This document shows positions 22,880 to 36,746 of a stretch of 64,000 nucleotides of DNA, piece after piece. The translations under genes and the position numbers were made by a program. Position 1 is the stretch's first letter. The number at the start of each line of letters is the position of its first letter. Under the pieces are notes generated by a model. That model saw only the letters and a list, made by a program, of their open reading frames with translations. It made no database searches and had not been told where the DNA came from. This stretch comes from Octopus sinensis (lineage: Eukaryota). Location: NCBI RefSeq assembly GCF_006345805.1, contig NW_021834241.1:1-64000 (forward strand). Reading direction: 5' to 3'.

Positions 22880-23700
22880 TAAATGGTATAACAGATTTGA
22901 AGAGCTGGAAGTGAGAAGAGGAACTGTTAGATGTAGTGCAGGTTAGTAGAGTTGGCCAGGTGGATATTGTCAATAACATCGGAGACATCATGAAAGCTCA
23001 AGAAGTTATGAGATACAGTAGAAGTAAATTCAAAATTGAGGTGGAATGAATAGAAAGAATGAATACATATGTCAGTTGGCTGGTGACTGTGTTGTTGCAC
23101 TATCAAATTATAGGTGTGTCAGAGATAGTATATTCACTAGCCAATGACCATACAGCTCTGAGATAGGTCTCATACTTGAGGCAAAAACTTGTTTCTGAAT
23201 AAAGCTACAGAGAGATTTGCATAATTGGGGGCCATTTTAACACCCATAGCATCCCCACTGATCTAGTTGTAAAATTCACAGGGAAGAAAAAGCAATTAAG
23301 TATATGTGCTAAGTGGAGAAGTGTGATATAGTTGGGTATGGGCAGAAAGCAACAGTCTGGTAAGTGGCTAAGCACTTATTGGCTGTCACTGTCTGGATTA
23401 CTGCAAAAAAAGATTTGATACCCTTACTGAAAACGTGTTTCCAGGAGGAAATCGAATAAGTAGATAAGTTTTTGAGCATGGAAGTCATTTTTAATGTTTG
23501 TTGGTAAGGCTGCAATGAGAGGAGATAATAATGTGGATAGGAGATCGATTGAGCAGTTACCAACAGAGATGAAAGGGCAGCTAGGATTGACTTCGCATCA
23601 TAGATATTTTTTTTAGATGTGTAATGTTCATGAGCAAGCTATTGAATGGTTATAAATGCCTGGACATCTTCCCTAAATTTTTTATCTTTGAAAAAATGCC
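22880..23700 (-). mobile_element. Decayed Penelope-like element (PLE) reverse transcriptase
   Basis: Remnants include LSPLIAALPTNIKN..KGIKSFFAVI..ISGDAMGVKMAPNYANLSV..SFHLNFEFTSTVSHNFLSFHDVS..SSSSHFQLFKSVIPF, matching the PLE RT motifs G.AMG..MGP.YANLF and SS.HP....SIPF. Confidence 0.8.
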
Positions 23701-24051
23701 TCTGTAAAAGTTCTTTGAAACTATGTATTATTAAGCAAGTTATGAGGAATCAAGGTGAGATTTGGGTGTGGCACAAAACTGTAATTATGTCAGAATGATT
23801 ATGAAAGTTTGGTAAACAAGAATGTCTTTATTTACTAATAAGTTACCGATGTTACAACAATGACAAAGAAAAGAAGCAAATATTTTAGAGCTGCAAAATA
23901 CAATGATTTAAGAGATATGTTGCTGCTATTTCTAGCATGTTGGGAATCAGTTGCAGAAAGGGAATTTGTAATAGCTGAATGTGGCACAATGTTTTCGAAA
24001 AGGAAACCTTAGCAATGGTTATCAAACATGCAAAATATAACGCAAAGAGTA

Positions 24052-24432
24052 TCTCTTTACTCTTTTTTTACTCTTTTACTTGTTTCAGTCATTTGACTGT
24101 GGCCATGCTGGAGCACCGCCTTTAGTCCAGCAAATCGACCCCGGGTCTTATTCTTTGTAAGCCCAGTACTTATTCTATCGGTCTCTTTTGTCGAACTGCT
24201 AAGTAACGGGGACGTAAACACACCAGCATCAGTTGTCAAGCAATGCTAGGGAGACAAACACACACACACATACATATACATATATATACATATATACGAC
24301 AGGCTTTTTTCAGTTTCCATCTACCAAATCCACTCACAAGGCATTGGTCGGCCCGGGGCTATAGCAGAAGACTGAACCCGGAACCATGTGGTTGGTTAGC
24401 AAGCTACTTACCACACAGCCACTCCTGTGCCT
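24052..24432 (-). mobile_element. SINE family A with a ~28-bp internal deletion
   Basis: agcagaagac joins directly to tgaacccggaacc. Confidence 0.88.
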
Positions 24433-24719
24433 ATATTTACCTGGAGTATTAAATGTTCAGTGTAAGTCAAAATATGTAATAAGATATAGTATTGTATATT
24501 TTTATTATGTTCAGTGATCATGGAGAAGTTGTTGAACTTAAAAAAAATATACATTATCGTATTCAATAAAGTTAAATGCATTTAAAAAGATAAAGCAGTG
24601 AAAATGTAATTGCAATAGGTGACAATTATTAAAAATAGACCAGAGAGATAAGCTAAGTAATTATTGGTAATGCTTCAGTAACTCAAACACGAAATTGAGA
24701 ATAGTAACTAAAAAAGAAA

Positions 24720-25011
24720 ATACATACATACACACACACACACATATGCACACACGCACACACACACATGGGCATACATACATACACATACATACATATA
24801 TACATGCATACATACATACACACATACATACATGCATACGTACGTACATACAAACAATACATACAGACATACATACATACATATACACACACACATACAT
24901 ACATACATATATTCATACACACACACATACATACATACCTACGTACATACATACATACATTCACACACACATACATACATACATACATACACACATACAT
25001 ACATACATACA

Positions 25012-25043
<32 letters not shown>

Positions 25044-25101
25044 CACATACACGCATACATACATACATACACACACATACATACATACATACATACATAC
25101 A

Positions 25102-25130
<29 letters not shown>
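24720..25130. repeat. (CATA)n/(CA)n compound microsatellite
   Basis: Directly visible. Confidence 0.95.
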
Positions 25131-25133
<3 letters not shown>

Positions 25134-25352
25134 AAAGTCTGTGGTTGAAAAACAAAGGAAGAATAAATGTAGAAATGAAATACAGCAGAAATTTTCTATT
25201 CAAAATAGGAAGTTCAAGTTTTAAAAAAATGCGGGTTTCAAATCTCAATGAATGTGCATCAACAGAAGTTACAAATAGCCAAAATTGAAACCATGTTCTG
25301 CACATATACTGGAAGGTGTGATAGAGAACAAAATTTTAAATCCACTACCCTG

Positions 25353-25387
<35 letters not shown>

Positions 25388-25388
<1 letters not shown>

Positions 25389-25542
25389 TTTATTTAAAGC
25401 AGCAAAATTCAACAAAACTGTTACTCTGATTTTTCCGTTGCCGTTCATCGGACAGTTTTTGCTAGAAAAAAATGTCCGATGAACGGCAACGGGAAACTCA
25501 GAGTAACAGGTTTTGTTGAATTTTCTGCTGCTTTAAATAAAG
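25388..25542. repeat. Fold-back palindrome (~67-bp arms) with a hammerhead-like motif in each arm
   Basis: 25388-25454 is the reverse complement of 25473-25542. Plus strand reads UGU CCGAUGA A CG-GCAA-CG G GAA ACUC-A-GAGU A ACA. Confidence 0.8.
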
Positions 25543-25643
25543 CATATTACTCTACCACTGGTATTTGAGTACTCTTTTTTCCACCTTGTTTCACATTTAT
25601 GTGTTTACTCCGGTATATATATATATATATTATATATATATAT

Positions 25644-26007
25644 AGGGGTGGCTGTGTGGTAAGTAGCTTGCTTACCAACCAAATGGTTCCGGGTTCAGTC
25701 CCTCTGCATGGCACCTTGGGCAAGTATCTTCTACTATAGCCTCGGGCCGACCAAAGCCTTGAGAGTGGATTTGGTAGATGAAAACGGAAAGAAGCCCATT
25801 GTATATATGTATATATATATGTGTATGTATGTGTATATGTTTGTCCTCTCAATATCGCTTGACAACTGATAGTGGTGTGTTTATGCCCCTGTAACTTAGC
25901 AGTTTGGCATAAGAGACCAATAGAATAAGTACTAGGCTTCCAAAGAATAAGTGCTGGGGTCAATTTGCTCGACTAAAGGTGGTACTCTAGCATGGCCGCA
26001 ATCAAAT
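25644..26007 (+). mobile_element. SINE family A
   Basis: Head to near-tail match. Confidence 0.85.
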
Positions 26008-26365
26008 ATATATATATTATATATATATATATATTATATATACATATATATGCATATGCATGTATACAAAAGTGTATATATGTGTATATATGTATGTATA
26101 TTTTTAATTATATTTTATTATGCATTAGATTGAGCAAATCTTTAGCCTGGCTCAAGAGTCGTACAAAAGCTTCTCATTGCATCATCAATGACTCATTTTG
26201 ATAATTATTTCTAGCAATGAATTGCTCATATATGAGAAAGCAGTTACTTATATATATGTATATATATGTATGTAAGTATATGTGTGTATAATATCTATAT
26301 ATTTATATCAATCTATCTATCTACCTATATATATATATTATATATATGTGAGTGTGTATGCATAT

Positions 26366-26420
<55 letters not shown>

Positions 26421-27414
26421 ATGAAATTAATAAAGATCAGGAGAATGAAGATACACATCCATATATTATTATCACATGCACACATGTATGTATTCAGATG
26501 CACACACATATATTTACACACAATACATACACACTTATATATATGTACGCATATATACATAATGAAAATAATGAGTTTTTCCCTGTTCCCTTATCACATG
26601 AGCCTTTCTACCCATTCTTGTTTCTAAATATTACCAACTTACACACATTCACATATGCACACAGGCACACATACACACACTCCACATATACGTCACATAT
26701 ATATACACATATATATATATACACTCCACACGTCACATATCCACATATATATATATATATATAATGCACTCCACACGTCACATATATAATTATATACGTA
26801 TATATTTATATACATACATATCTGCGTATATACACTCCCATACTCATACATATCTGTTCAGCTGCTGGCATATCTCATGTAATTAACGTACATCATATGT
26901 CTTCGTATCACTATAATATTTTTATTGGCTTTTAAATCAATCATTTCAATATTTCTTCAACATTTATAACAATATCATACATAGTGTAATTGGTTTTCAT
27001 TTTCAATATTTGTTCTATCTGTCCAATCAAAATTAGAATAATCACATTCATACGTAAGCAAATAACCCTTGAATGTTCACCTACCACATTTAATGTAGTT
27101 CTGTTAGTAAATTAATCTTGGGTTTATTAAACAGTCATAGCTATGTGGTTAAAGAGTTGGGTAGGTTCATTGTGATTAGTGGTTCAATGCTGCTATGCTG
27201 CATGCTACAACTTGGGCAAATGTTCATCTACCAGACTCAAATTAATCAACATTGTGTAAGAAACAGTGTGATAGCTCATCTCTTTTACATATATATATAT
27301 ATATATATATCTGTAAAATAATATGTGACAATTATTCAATAGCCAAGATAAAACTCTGAGTTTTGGATGCCGAGGTGTGAAAACCACAACACCATCTCTT
27401 CGGTTATATATATA

Positions 27415-27800
27415 CTCTTTTTACTTGTTTCAGTCATTTGACTGCAGCCATGCTGGAGCACCACCTTTTGTTGAGAAAATCGACCCCAGGACTTATTCTT
27501 TTGGAAGCCTAGTACTTATTCTATTGGTCTCTTTTGCCAAACAGCTAAGGGACGCAAACACACCAGCATCGGTTGTGAAGCGGTGTTGGGAGACAAACAC
27601 AGACACATAAACACACACACAAATATATATACATATACATATATACGACAGGCTTCGTTCAGTTTCTGTCTACCGAATCCACTCACAAGGCATTGGTCGG
27701 CCCGGGGCTATAGCAGAAGACACTTGCCCAAGATGCCACACATTGGGACTGAACCCAGAACCATGTGGTTGAGAACAAAGCATTTAAACTACACAGCTAT
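27415..27800 (-). mobile_element. SINE family A
   Basis: Reverse-complement match. Confidence 0.85.
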
Positions 27801-27808
27801 ACATATTG

Positions 27809-27881
<73 letters not shown>

Positions 27882-28021
27882 TACACATACATACATGTAA
27901 ACCTAATTAGTAAATATGCAAATATGGCAACATGAGCCACTGCTCTCTAGATCAGCAAAAATGTTGAATGGCTTTGATCAATTGTTAGCCCTTGCTAGGG
28001 TTTCAACAGACGTGTCTATAA

Positions 28022-28306
28022 CAGTGGTTTCCAAAGTGGGTGCTACTGCCCAGCCTATGGGCAGTGAAATGATAGCATTGAAGAAAAGTGGGGCAATAAA
28101 GGGATGGCTAAAAGTGGGGGGGGGGGTGGATAGAAAAACAACAAAATAATGAGTTAATTAGATGAAGTTTCAGTTGTGAAATACTGTTGTTTTGAATTTG
28201 CTGCAGAAAGTGCTGAGTGGGTGGTGAGTGTGTGTGGTGGGTACTAAGAATACAACCTTAATGCCGAGGGGCCAGCAACTCCACCAAAACTGTTTGGGAA
28301 GCACAG
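28022..28306. mobile_element. hAT-type MITE
   Basis: Termini cagtggtttccaaa ... tttgggaagcacag; 8-bp target duplication gtctataa/gtctatat (7 of 8 match). Confidence 0.75.
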
Positions 28307-28450
28307 GTCTATATCATTTGATCAAACCTAGAGAAATAAGCAGCCCCTCTTTTCATATACACAACAAACCCTGTTGCTTAAGAGAACTGCAGCTTGTAAT
28401 TTGCATACCATAAATGTTTAACACTTTAACATGAGCAGCCTGTTTTAACA

Positions 28451-28856
28451 GCAGGAGAGTGGCTGTGTGGTAAGTAGCTTGCTAACCAACCACATGGTTC
28501 CGGGTTCAGTCCCACTGCGTGGCACCTTGGGCAAGTGTCTTCTACTATAGGCCTCGGGCCGACCAAAGCCTTGTGAGTGGATTTGGTAGACGGAAACTGA
28601 AAGAAGCCCGTCGTATATATGTGTATATATATATATGCATGTGTGTGTGTTTGTGTGTCTGTGTTTGTCCCCCTAGCATTCCTTGAAAACCGATGCTGGT
28701 GTGTTACTTAGCGGTTCGGCAAAAGAAACCAATAGAATAAGTACTGGGCTTACAAAAGAACAAGTCCCGGTGTCGAGTTGCTCGATTAAAGGTGGTGCTC
28801 CAGCATGACCGCAGTCAAATGACTGAAACAAGTAAAAGAGTAAAAGAGTAAAAGAG
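28451..28856 (+). mobile_element. SINE family A, full length
   Basis: Consensus head and (gtaaaaga)3 tail. Confidence 0.92.
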
Positions 28857-28984
28857 CCTGTCTACAGGGATCCAAGTCCAAACAGTATAAAGGTATAATA
28901 CACTATATGTAAAGTACTATATGGTAGTTACACAAACCTGGCAAATTTAACTATTCCACCATAGGTTGAAAATATGATGAATGG

Positions 28985-29025
28985 CCTTAATTGATTTTCG
29001 GTCCTTATTGAGGTCTCATCAGAGG
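28985..29025 (-). ncRNA. Minimal type-I hammerhead motif with intact core
   Basis: Minus strand CCU CUGAUGA GACCU-CAAUA-AGGACC GAA AAUCAAUU A AGG. Confidence 0.6.
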
Positions 29026-29064
29026 TGTCTACCTTACTTGACCAATCTCTGGGAAATAAGTGGT

Positions 29065-29100
<36 letters not shown>

Positions 29101-29409
29101 CACATACACACAGTGTGTGTGTGTTTGTATGTGTGTGTATATGTGTGCGTCTGTGTCCATGCCTGCGTGTAAGTAGAAAGAGAGTGAGAGAGAGGAAGAG
29201 AGAGGAGAGAAAGAAGAGAGAGAGACAAAGAAGAGAGAGAGAGAGACGAGAGAAAGAGAGCGAGGGGTAAACATATGAACAAACTGACAGATAGATAAAT
29301 TGATAAAGAAGCAGACAGAAGGATTCAAAGTGAATATATACTGATTAAAGTAAGGATCTTCCTTTAAAAGGGATAGTCAACAGGAATTGCATCTATTATT
29401 TCAAGCATA

Positions 29410-29822
29410 CTCTTTTACTCTTTTATGTGTTTCAGTCATTTGACTGCGGCCATGCTGGAGCACCGCCTTTAATCGAGCAACTCGACCCCGGGACTTATTC
29501 TTTTGTAAGCCCAGTACTTATTCTATCGGTCTCTTTTGCCGAACCGCTTAGTGACGGGGATGTAAACACACCAGCATCGGTTGTCAAGCAATGCTAGGGG
29601 GACAAACAAAGACACACAAACATACACACATACATATATATATACATATACATATATACGACGGGCTTCTTTCAGTTTCCGTCTACCAAATCCACTCACA
29701 AGGCTTTGGTCGGCCCGAGGCTATAGCAGAAGACACTTGCCCAAGGTGCCACGCAGTGGGACTGAACCCAGAACCATGTGGTTGGTAAACAAGCTACTTA
29801 CCACACAGTCACTCCTGTGCCT
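29410..29822 (-). mobile_element. SINE family A, full length
   Basis: Reverse-complement consensus match. Confidence 0.92.
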
Positions 29823-29929
29823 GCATAGTAAATAATTCGAAATAATGTATGTCATTTGGTGGGCTTTATATAAATTTGTATGTGCAATGCTAATTGCTTC
29901 CATAAAGGAGAACGCAGGTGAAACGTACA

Positions 29930-30001
<72 letters not shown>

Positions 30002-30378
30002 GGCAGAGAGAATGATTGGGATTTAAAAGGCAAAATCTGATGTGTGAAGAAAACATGACAGCATCACTGGACATATGTTGGCAGATGGATAATTAGTGCT
30101 GGAGAGGGAAAAAAAAAAAAAAATCTTGTGTGTTGATGTATGCTGATAGTGAAAGAAAGATACACGTGGTAGTAAAAGATGGTGGTGGGGGGGGGGGATG
30201 GGGAAGATGGAAGAATATTCCTCAGGTCACTTCTGAAGCTGTTGGACTTCATGGCAGACCAGTTTAATTCATTGCAGCATCGAAAAAGAAAAAAAAAAAT
30301 GAAAACTGATGTTTATATGATGATGATAATGATAATGATGGCAGTGGTGATAGTTTTTGGTGATGATGTTGATGATGG

Positions 30379-30433
<55 letters not shown>

Positions 30434-30710
30434 AAAAATGATTCTTGCCATTATCACCATTGTGGTATAACTATAGAATTTCATTCCAAACTTAATGCAT
30501 CCACAATACACATCTCTTGAAAAAAAAATAAACACTGTTTATGTTAGAAGTTTACTATCATGCCATGTTCTTGCACGTTTGAACCTACTTTGTAGCATCT
30601 TGGACTAGTGCCTTCTCTTCATAGCCAATCCTTGGATTGACCAAGACCATGTGAGTGGAATCTAGGTGTCAGAAACAATGCCACAATATACCATACATGC
30701 ATATATATAT

Positions 30711-31057
30711 AAGCACAGGAGTGGCTGTGTGGTAAGAAGCTAGATGGTTCCGGATTCAGTCACACTGAATGGCACCTATGGCAAATGTCTTCTACTATAG
30801 CCTTGGGCTGACCAAAGCCTTGTGAGTGGATTTGGTAGATGGAAACTGAGAGAAGCCTATCGTATATATATATATGTTTGTGTGTGTGTGTCTGTATTTG
30901 TCCCCCCACCATCACTTGACAACTGATGGTGTGTTTACATCCCCATAACTTAGTGGTTTGGCAAAAGAGACCGATAGAATAAGTACTAGGCTTACAAAGA
31001 ATAAGGCCTGGGGTTGATTTGTTCCATTAAAGGCTGTGCTCCAACAAGTAAAAGAAT
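30711..31057 (+). mobile_element. SINE family A (older, with deletions)
   Basis: Head and right arm recognisable. Confidence 0.8.
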
Positions 31058-31059
31058 AC

Positions 31060-31378
31060 ATACATACACACACACACACATACACACGCACACAGACACA
31101 CACACACATGCACATACACACGCACACACACATGCACATACACACGCACACACACACATGCACACACACACACACACACACACACAACACACACATGCAC
31201 ATACACACGCACACACACATGCACATACACACGCACACACACACATGCACACACAGACACACACACAAACACACACACGCACACACACACACACACACAC
31301 ACATGCACATACACATGCACACAGACACACACACAAACACACACACACATGCACACACACACACACACACACACACAC
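31060..31378. repeat. Compound (CA)n microsatellite
   Basis: Directly visible. Confidence 0.95.
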
Positions 31379-31504
31379 GAGATATAGTACTAAGTTAAAA
31401 GGTGGCAAGCTAGCAGGAACGTTAGCATGACAGGCAAAATGTTTAGTCTTGCAAGTGAATTTGGTAGAAGGAAACTGAAAGAAGCTCATCATAAATATAC
31501 ATAT

Positions 31505-31910
31505 AGGCGCAGGAGTGGCTGTGTGGTAAGTAGCTTGCTAACCAACCACATGGTTCCGGGTTTAGTCCCACTGCGTGGCATCTTGGGCAAGTGTCTTCTG
31601 CTATAGCCCCGGGCCGACCAATGCCTTGTGAGTGGATTTGGTAGACGGAAACTGAAAGAAGCCTGTCATATATATGTATATATATATATATGTGTGTGTT
31701 TGTGTGTCTGTGTTTGTCCCCCTAGCATCGCTTGACAACCGATGCTGGTGTGTTTACGTCCCCGTCACTTAGCGGTTTGGCAAAAAAGAGACCGATAGAA
31801 TAAGTACTGGGCTTACAAAGAATAAGTCCCGGGGTCGAGTTGCTCGACTAAAGGCGGTGCTCCAGCATGGCCACAGTCAAATGACTGAAACAAGTAAAAG
31901 AGTAAAAGAG
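31505..31910 (+). mobile_element. SINE family A, full length
   Basis: Consensus match. Confidence 0.92.
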
Positions 31911-32304
31911 AGAAATATATATATATATATATATAAAATACAAAATGGGACAAGCACGCAAAACATCCAAATAGACGATACAAAAAACACGGACGGGTCA
32001 TTTGAAGCCTCTAGTCTTCAGTCAAGAACTGGATCATCCTCGCAATTTTGGCTGGTGTGTATGTTTGTGTGTCTGTTTGTCCCTCCCATCATCACTTAAC
32101 AACCGATGTCGGTGTGTTTATATCTCCGTAACTTAGAAGTTCAGCAAGAGAGACTGATACATTAAGTACTAGGCTTACAAAGAATAAGTCCTGGGGTCGA
32201 TTTGTTTGACTAAAGGTGGTGCTCCAGAATGGCCTAAGTCAAATGACTGAAATAAATAAAAGAAGAAAAATAGCATATATTTATATATATATATATATAT
32301 ATAT

Positions 32305-32366
<62 letters not shown>

Positions 32367-32368
32367 TA

Positions 32369-32640
32369 TGCCAGTGCCGCTGGACTGGCTCCTGTGCAGG
32401 TGGCACATAAAAAGCACCATTTGATCATTACCGTTGCCAGTACCATCTAGCTGGCCCTCGTGCTGGTGGCACGTAAAAGCACCCACTACACTTTTGGAGT
32501 GGTTGGCGTTGGGAAGGGCATCCAGCTGTAGAAACTCTGCCAGATCAGATTGGAGTCTGGTTCGCCAGACCTCAGTCAAATCGTCCAACCCATGCTAGCA
32601 TGGAAAGCGGACGTTAAACGATGATGATGATGATGATGAG
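32369..32640 (+). mobile_element. 5'-truncated RTE LINE 3' end (family D)
   Basis: Ends ccatgctagcatggaaagcggacgttaaacg(atg)n. Confidence 0.88.
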
Positions 32641-32681
32641 GATATATATATATATATATATATGTAGATATATATATATCT

Positions 32682-32843
32682 AGGAGTGGCTGTGTGGTAA
32701 GTAGCTTGCTAACCAACCACATTGTTCCGGGTTCAGTCCCACTGCGTGGCATCTTGGGCAAGTGTCTTCTGCTATAGCCCCGAGCTGACCAATGCCTTGT
32801 GAGTTGATTTGGTAGACGGAAACTGAAAGAAGCCTGTCATATG

Positions 32844-32874
<31 letters not shown>

Positions 32875-33097
32875 ATGTGTGTGTGTTTGTGTGTCTGTGT
32901 TTGTCCCCCTAGCATTGCTTGACAACTGATACTGGTGTGTTTACGTCCCCGTCACTTAGCGGTTCGGCAAAAGGAACCGATAGAATAAGTACTGGGCTTA
33001 CAAAAAGAATAAGTCCCGGGGTCGATTTGCTCGACTAAAGGCGGTGCTCCAGCATGGCCACAGTCAAATGACTGAAACAAGTAAAAGGGTAAAAGAG
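32682..33097 (+). mobile_element. SINE family A, full length
   Basis: Consensus match. Confidence 0.92.
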
Positions 33098-33582
33098 TAT
33101 ATACATATATGTTTAGGCAGGCATAGCTGTTTGGCTAAAAAGCTCACTTTCCAACTCTATGGTCTCAGGTTCGGTCTTATTGTGTGACACCTTGGGCAAG
33201 GGACTCTTACAAAAGACCCATGTAGATGTAGACCAATGCCTTGTGAGTGAATTTGGTAGATGGAAACTGTGTGGAGTCCTTTGTATACATACACACAAAC
33301 ACACACACGCACACACTTATAAAGCTCAACGCTCTAACCACTGACCCATTCTACGACAAATTTAGTGATTGCGTTACAGAAAATATTTTGCAAGAAAATG
33401 TTGTGTGACAATGAAATAAAATACACCGAAGAGGCCTAATAACACAGAAACATGCTCAGAGATGTTATCATAAAATATGAAAGATCAGTCACATTCACTG
33501 TCTCATTGCAAATGTTTGCTACTATAGCCTTGGGATGACAAAACATTTGTGAGTACATTATGTAGGCAGAAACTGAAAGGGG

Positions 33583-33812
33583 GCAAGCTAGCAGAAATGT
33601 TATCACACCAGGCGAAATGATTTGTGGTATTTTGTCTGTCATTACGTTCTGAGTTCAAATTCCACCAAGGTCGACTTTGCCTTTCATTCTTTCAGGGGTC
33701 GATAAATTAAGTACCAGTTATGCACTAGGGTCAATGTAATCGACTTAATCCCTTTGTCTGTCCTTGTTTGTCCCCTCTTTGTTTAGCCCCTTGTGGGCAA
33801 TAAAGAAATAAG
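33583..33812 (+). mobile_element. SINE family E
   Basis: Matches the reverse complement of 10817-11050. Confidence 0.82.
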
Positions 33813-33832
33813 AAACTGAAAGGAAGCTTCTC

Positions 33833-33879
<47 letters not shown>

Positions 33880-33915
33880 TGTGTCTTTTCGTCTCTGTTT
33901 ATCCCCCATAACTTA

Positions 33916-34228
33916 GTGGTTCGGCAAAAGAGATCAAGAGAACAAGTACCTGGCTAAAAAAAAAAACATAAAAGAAGTACTAAGGTTGATTTATTTGACT
34001 GGAAATTCTTCAAGGTAGTGCCCCAGCCTGGCCACAGTCTTAGGACTAAAACAAGTGAAAGGTAGAAGAAAGGTAGTGGCTCGGCAAAAGAGATCAAGAG
34101 AACAAGTACCTGGTTAAAAAAAAAATAAAAGAAGTACTAAGGTTGATTTATTTTATTGGAAATTCTTCAAGGCAGTGCCCCAGCATGGCCACGGTCTTAG
34201 GACTAAAACAACATGAAAGGTAGAAGAT
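33916..34228 (+). repeat. ~160-bp tandem duplication of an old SINE A 3' arm
   Basis: gtgg(t/c)tcggcaaaagagatcaagagaacaagtacctgg...gaaaggtagaaga occurs twice in tandem. Confidence 0.85.
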
Positions 34229-34813
34229 ATAAGAAAACATGATAAGGAAACATGACATCAAGTCACTGTTACAAGAAAGATGCCATGGAAAAAGAAGAAA
34301 CTGTCCGTTAAACAATTTTGCATTGATAAGATATTCACAATTCTTTGTTAAACTCAGCTGATTCTTGCTAATAAGAAAGTTTTCTTATACAGGCAGACGT
34401 CTCATTATTTACAAAGCTCGATTCTATTTAAGTATATTAACTTGATGGAAATTCATGTGCTTAGATCCAATTTGATCTACATATACAACGTTCTATTGTA
34501 TATTGAAATATCTATAATATGTATCAAGAACTGAGACAAGTTCTGAGAACTGTTTTTCAAATATATCCATTGATTAACTGTCTGAAAGAAGATTTAGCCT
34601 GGCAGCAGATTAAATATTCTTCTTTTGGACAGTTTAAACTGTTCGCTAATATATACCAAAAGCAGAAGTTATGTCCCTAATAAGAGATGTTTGCTTCAGA
34701 AATTGATATTGATTTCATAACAGATTTATCTTCATAAAGATACAATTGTCCTCTCTGTGACTAGAGAAAGAGAGGAGAAGTGGGTGAGAGAGGGAGAGAC
34801 AGAAAGAGGAAGA

Positions 34814-34844
<31 letters not shown>

Positions 34845-35251
34845 TGCAAGAGAGCTGTTGTCTGTTATATACATAAGATGTGTATGAAAGTATTTATTTA
34901 TATACATGCATATATATATATATATTTATATGTGTATGTGTGTATGCGTGTGCATGTGTGTGTGTGTATGTGTTGGTATGCATATATGAGCATGCATGAA
35001 TATTTGTGTATTTGTGTGTGTGCATGTATGTGTGTGTCTGTGTGTGTATGTATGAGTATATACGTATATATGTATGTGTTAGTATGCGGATGTATACTGT
35101 TTTATTTAGTGTGTGTTTATTTTCTGTCATCTATAATTGTTGTGAATCAAGCATATGCTTTAATACCCAAGTCTTAACATACATACATACATACATATAT
35201 ATATATATGTGTGTGTGTGTATGTGTATACATATATATATATGTGTATATA

Positions 35252-35348
<97 letters not shown>

Positions 35349-35386
35349 GTATATATATATATATTATATATATGCATATGTATATG

Positions 35387-35459
<73 letters not shown>

Positions 35460-35741
35460 CACATATCATATAGACACGTATATACACACACTTGTATGTT
35501 ATAGTAGTCAAATACATATGAATCTCACTTATGAATCTTTTGTTCAGCTGAACAAGATATTTGATCATTGAGAGTGTACAATGACTTTACAGGGAGATGG
35601 TGCTATGATTTTATATCTATGTTAATTTAACAAACGCTATTAATCAACCTCATATATACTACATAATGAAAATATGAAAATCTGGAATACGCAGTACATT
35701 ACACACATGTATGCGTGTGTATTAATATATATATATATTAT

Positions 35742-35776
<35 letters not shown>

Positions 35777-35807
35777 GCATATATATATATATATATATAT
35801 ATATTTA

Positions 35808-35843
<36 letters not shown>

Positions 35844-35986
35844 GAGCATAAAGATTCAAGTTAATTTAAAAAATTTACTGAATATGGTACCTAACTTAGA
35901 TGCCACCAAAAAAAACTATACTGATTTAACAATACAGTAATGTGGGGTGATTATAAGCGAGAAAGAAGCAACAAGAATGGATAGGT

Positions 35987-36077
35987 TTTTAGTACGATCG
36001 TTTCATACAAGGACAGGTTTTATTAAAAGTTGCAAAGATTACAGCATATAAACGAGTCCCGTACTCATCAGCTAAAA
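35987..36077 (-). ncRNA. Type-I hammerhead ribozyme motif (minus-strand arm)
   Basis: Mirror image of 36656-36746. Confidence 0.8.
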
Positions 36078-36655
36078 ATAATGTAAGTTCTCTAGACATC
36101 CTAGTGTTTGAGGCTATACTCATGAAGTAATGTAGATAATTAAACAGATTTCTAAAGTTCATTAAAGCTCTTTAAATATGATGTATAGTCTTATCACAGA
36201 ATTTTAAAAAAGTTTTGATAGCATCACAGAGAAGGTGACCTAATCCATATGAATTTCCATAGATATGATGAGGGATTATATACTCACAGAAGACAAATTT
36301 ATCCATTGTTATTAGCATTACAGAGAGGGTGAATTAATCCTTTGTATATATGCACAGATTCCAATGGTGTAGATGTAAATTTCCAGAGAAAAGGATTAAT
36401 TCACCCTCTCTGTAATGCTAATAACAATGGATAAATTTGTCTTCTGTGAGTATATAATCCCTCATCATATCTATGGAAATTCATATGGATTAGGTCACCT
36501 TCTCTGTGATGCTATCAAAACTTTTTTAAAATTCTGTGATAAGACTATACATCATATTTAAAGAGCTTTAATGAACTTTAGAAATCTGTTTAATTATCTA
36601 CATTACTTCATGAGTATAGCCTCAAACACTAGGATGTCTAGAGAACTTACATGTA

Positions 36656-36746
36656 TTTTAGCTGATGAGTACGGGACTCGTTTATATGCTGTAATCTTTG
36701 CAACTTTTAATAAAACCTGTCCTTGTATGAAACGATCGTACTAAAA
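36656..36746 (+). ncRNA. Type-I hammerhead ribozyme motif with palindromic stem III
   Basis: Stem I UUUUAG/CUAAAA; core CUGAUGA; stem II GUACGGGAC/GUCCUUGUAU; GAA; stem III ACGAUCGU; predicted cleavage after A36740 (GUA triplet). Confidence 0.8.

Noticed and set aside
31985-32025. CUGAAGA candidate on the minus strand
   Set aside because: GAAA is degraded and stems I and II do not pair; at most a very old remnant.
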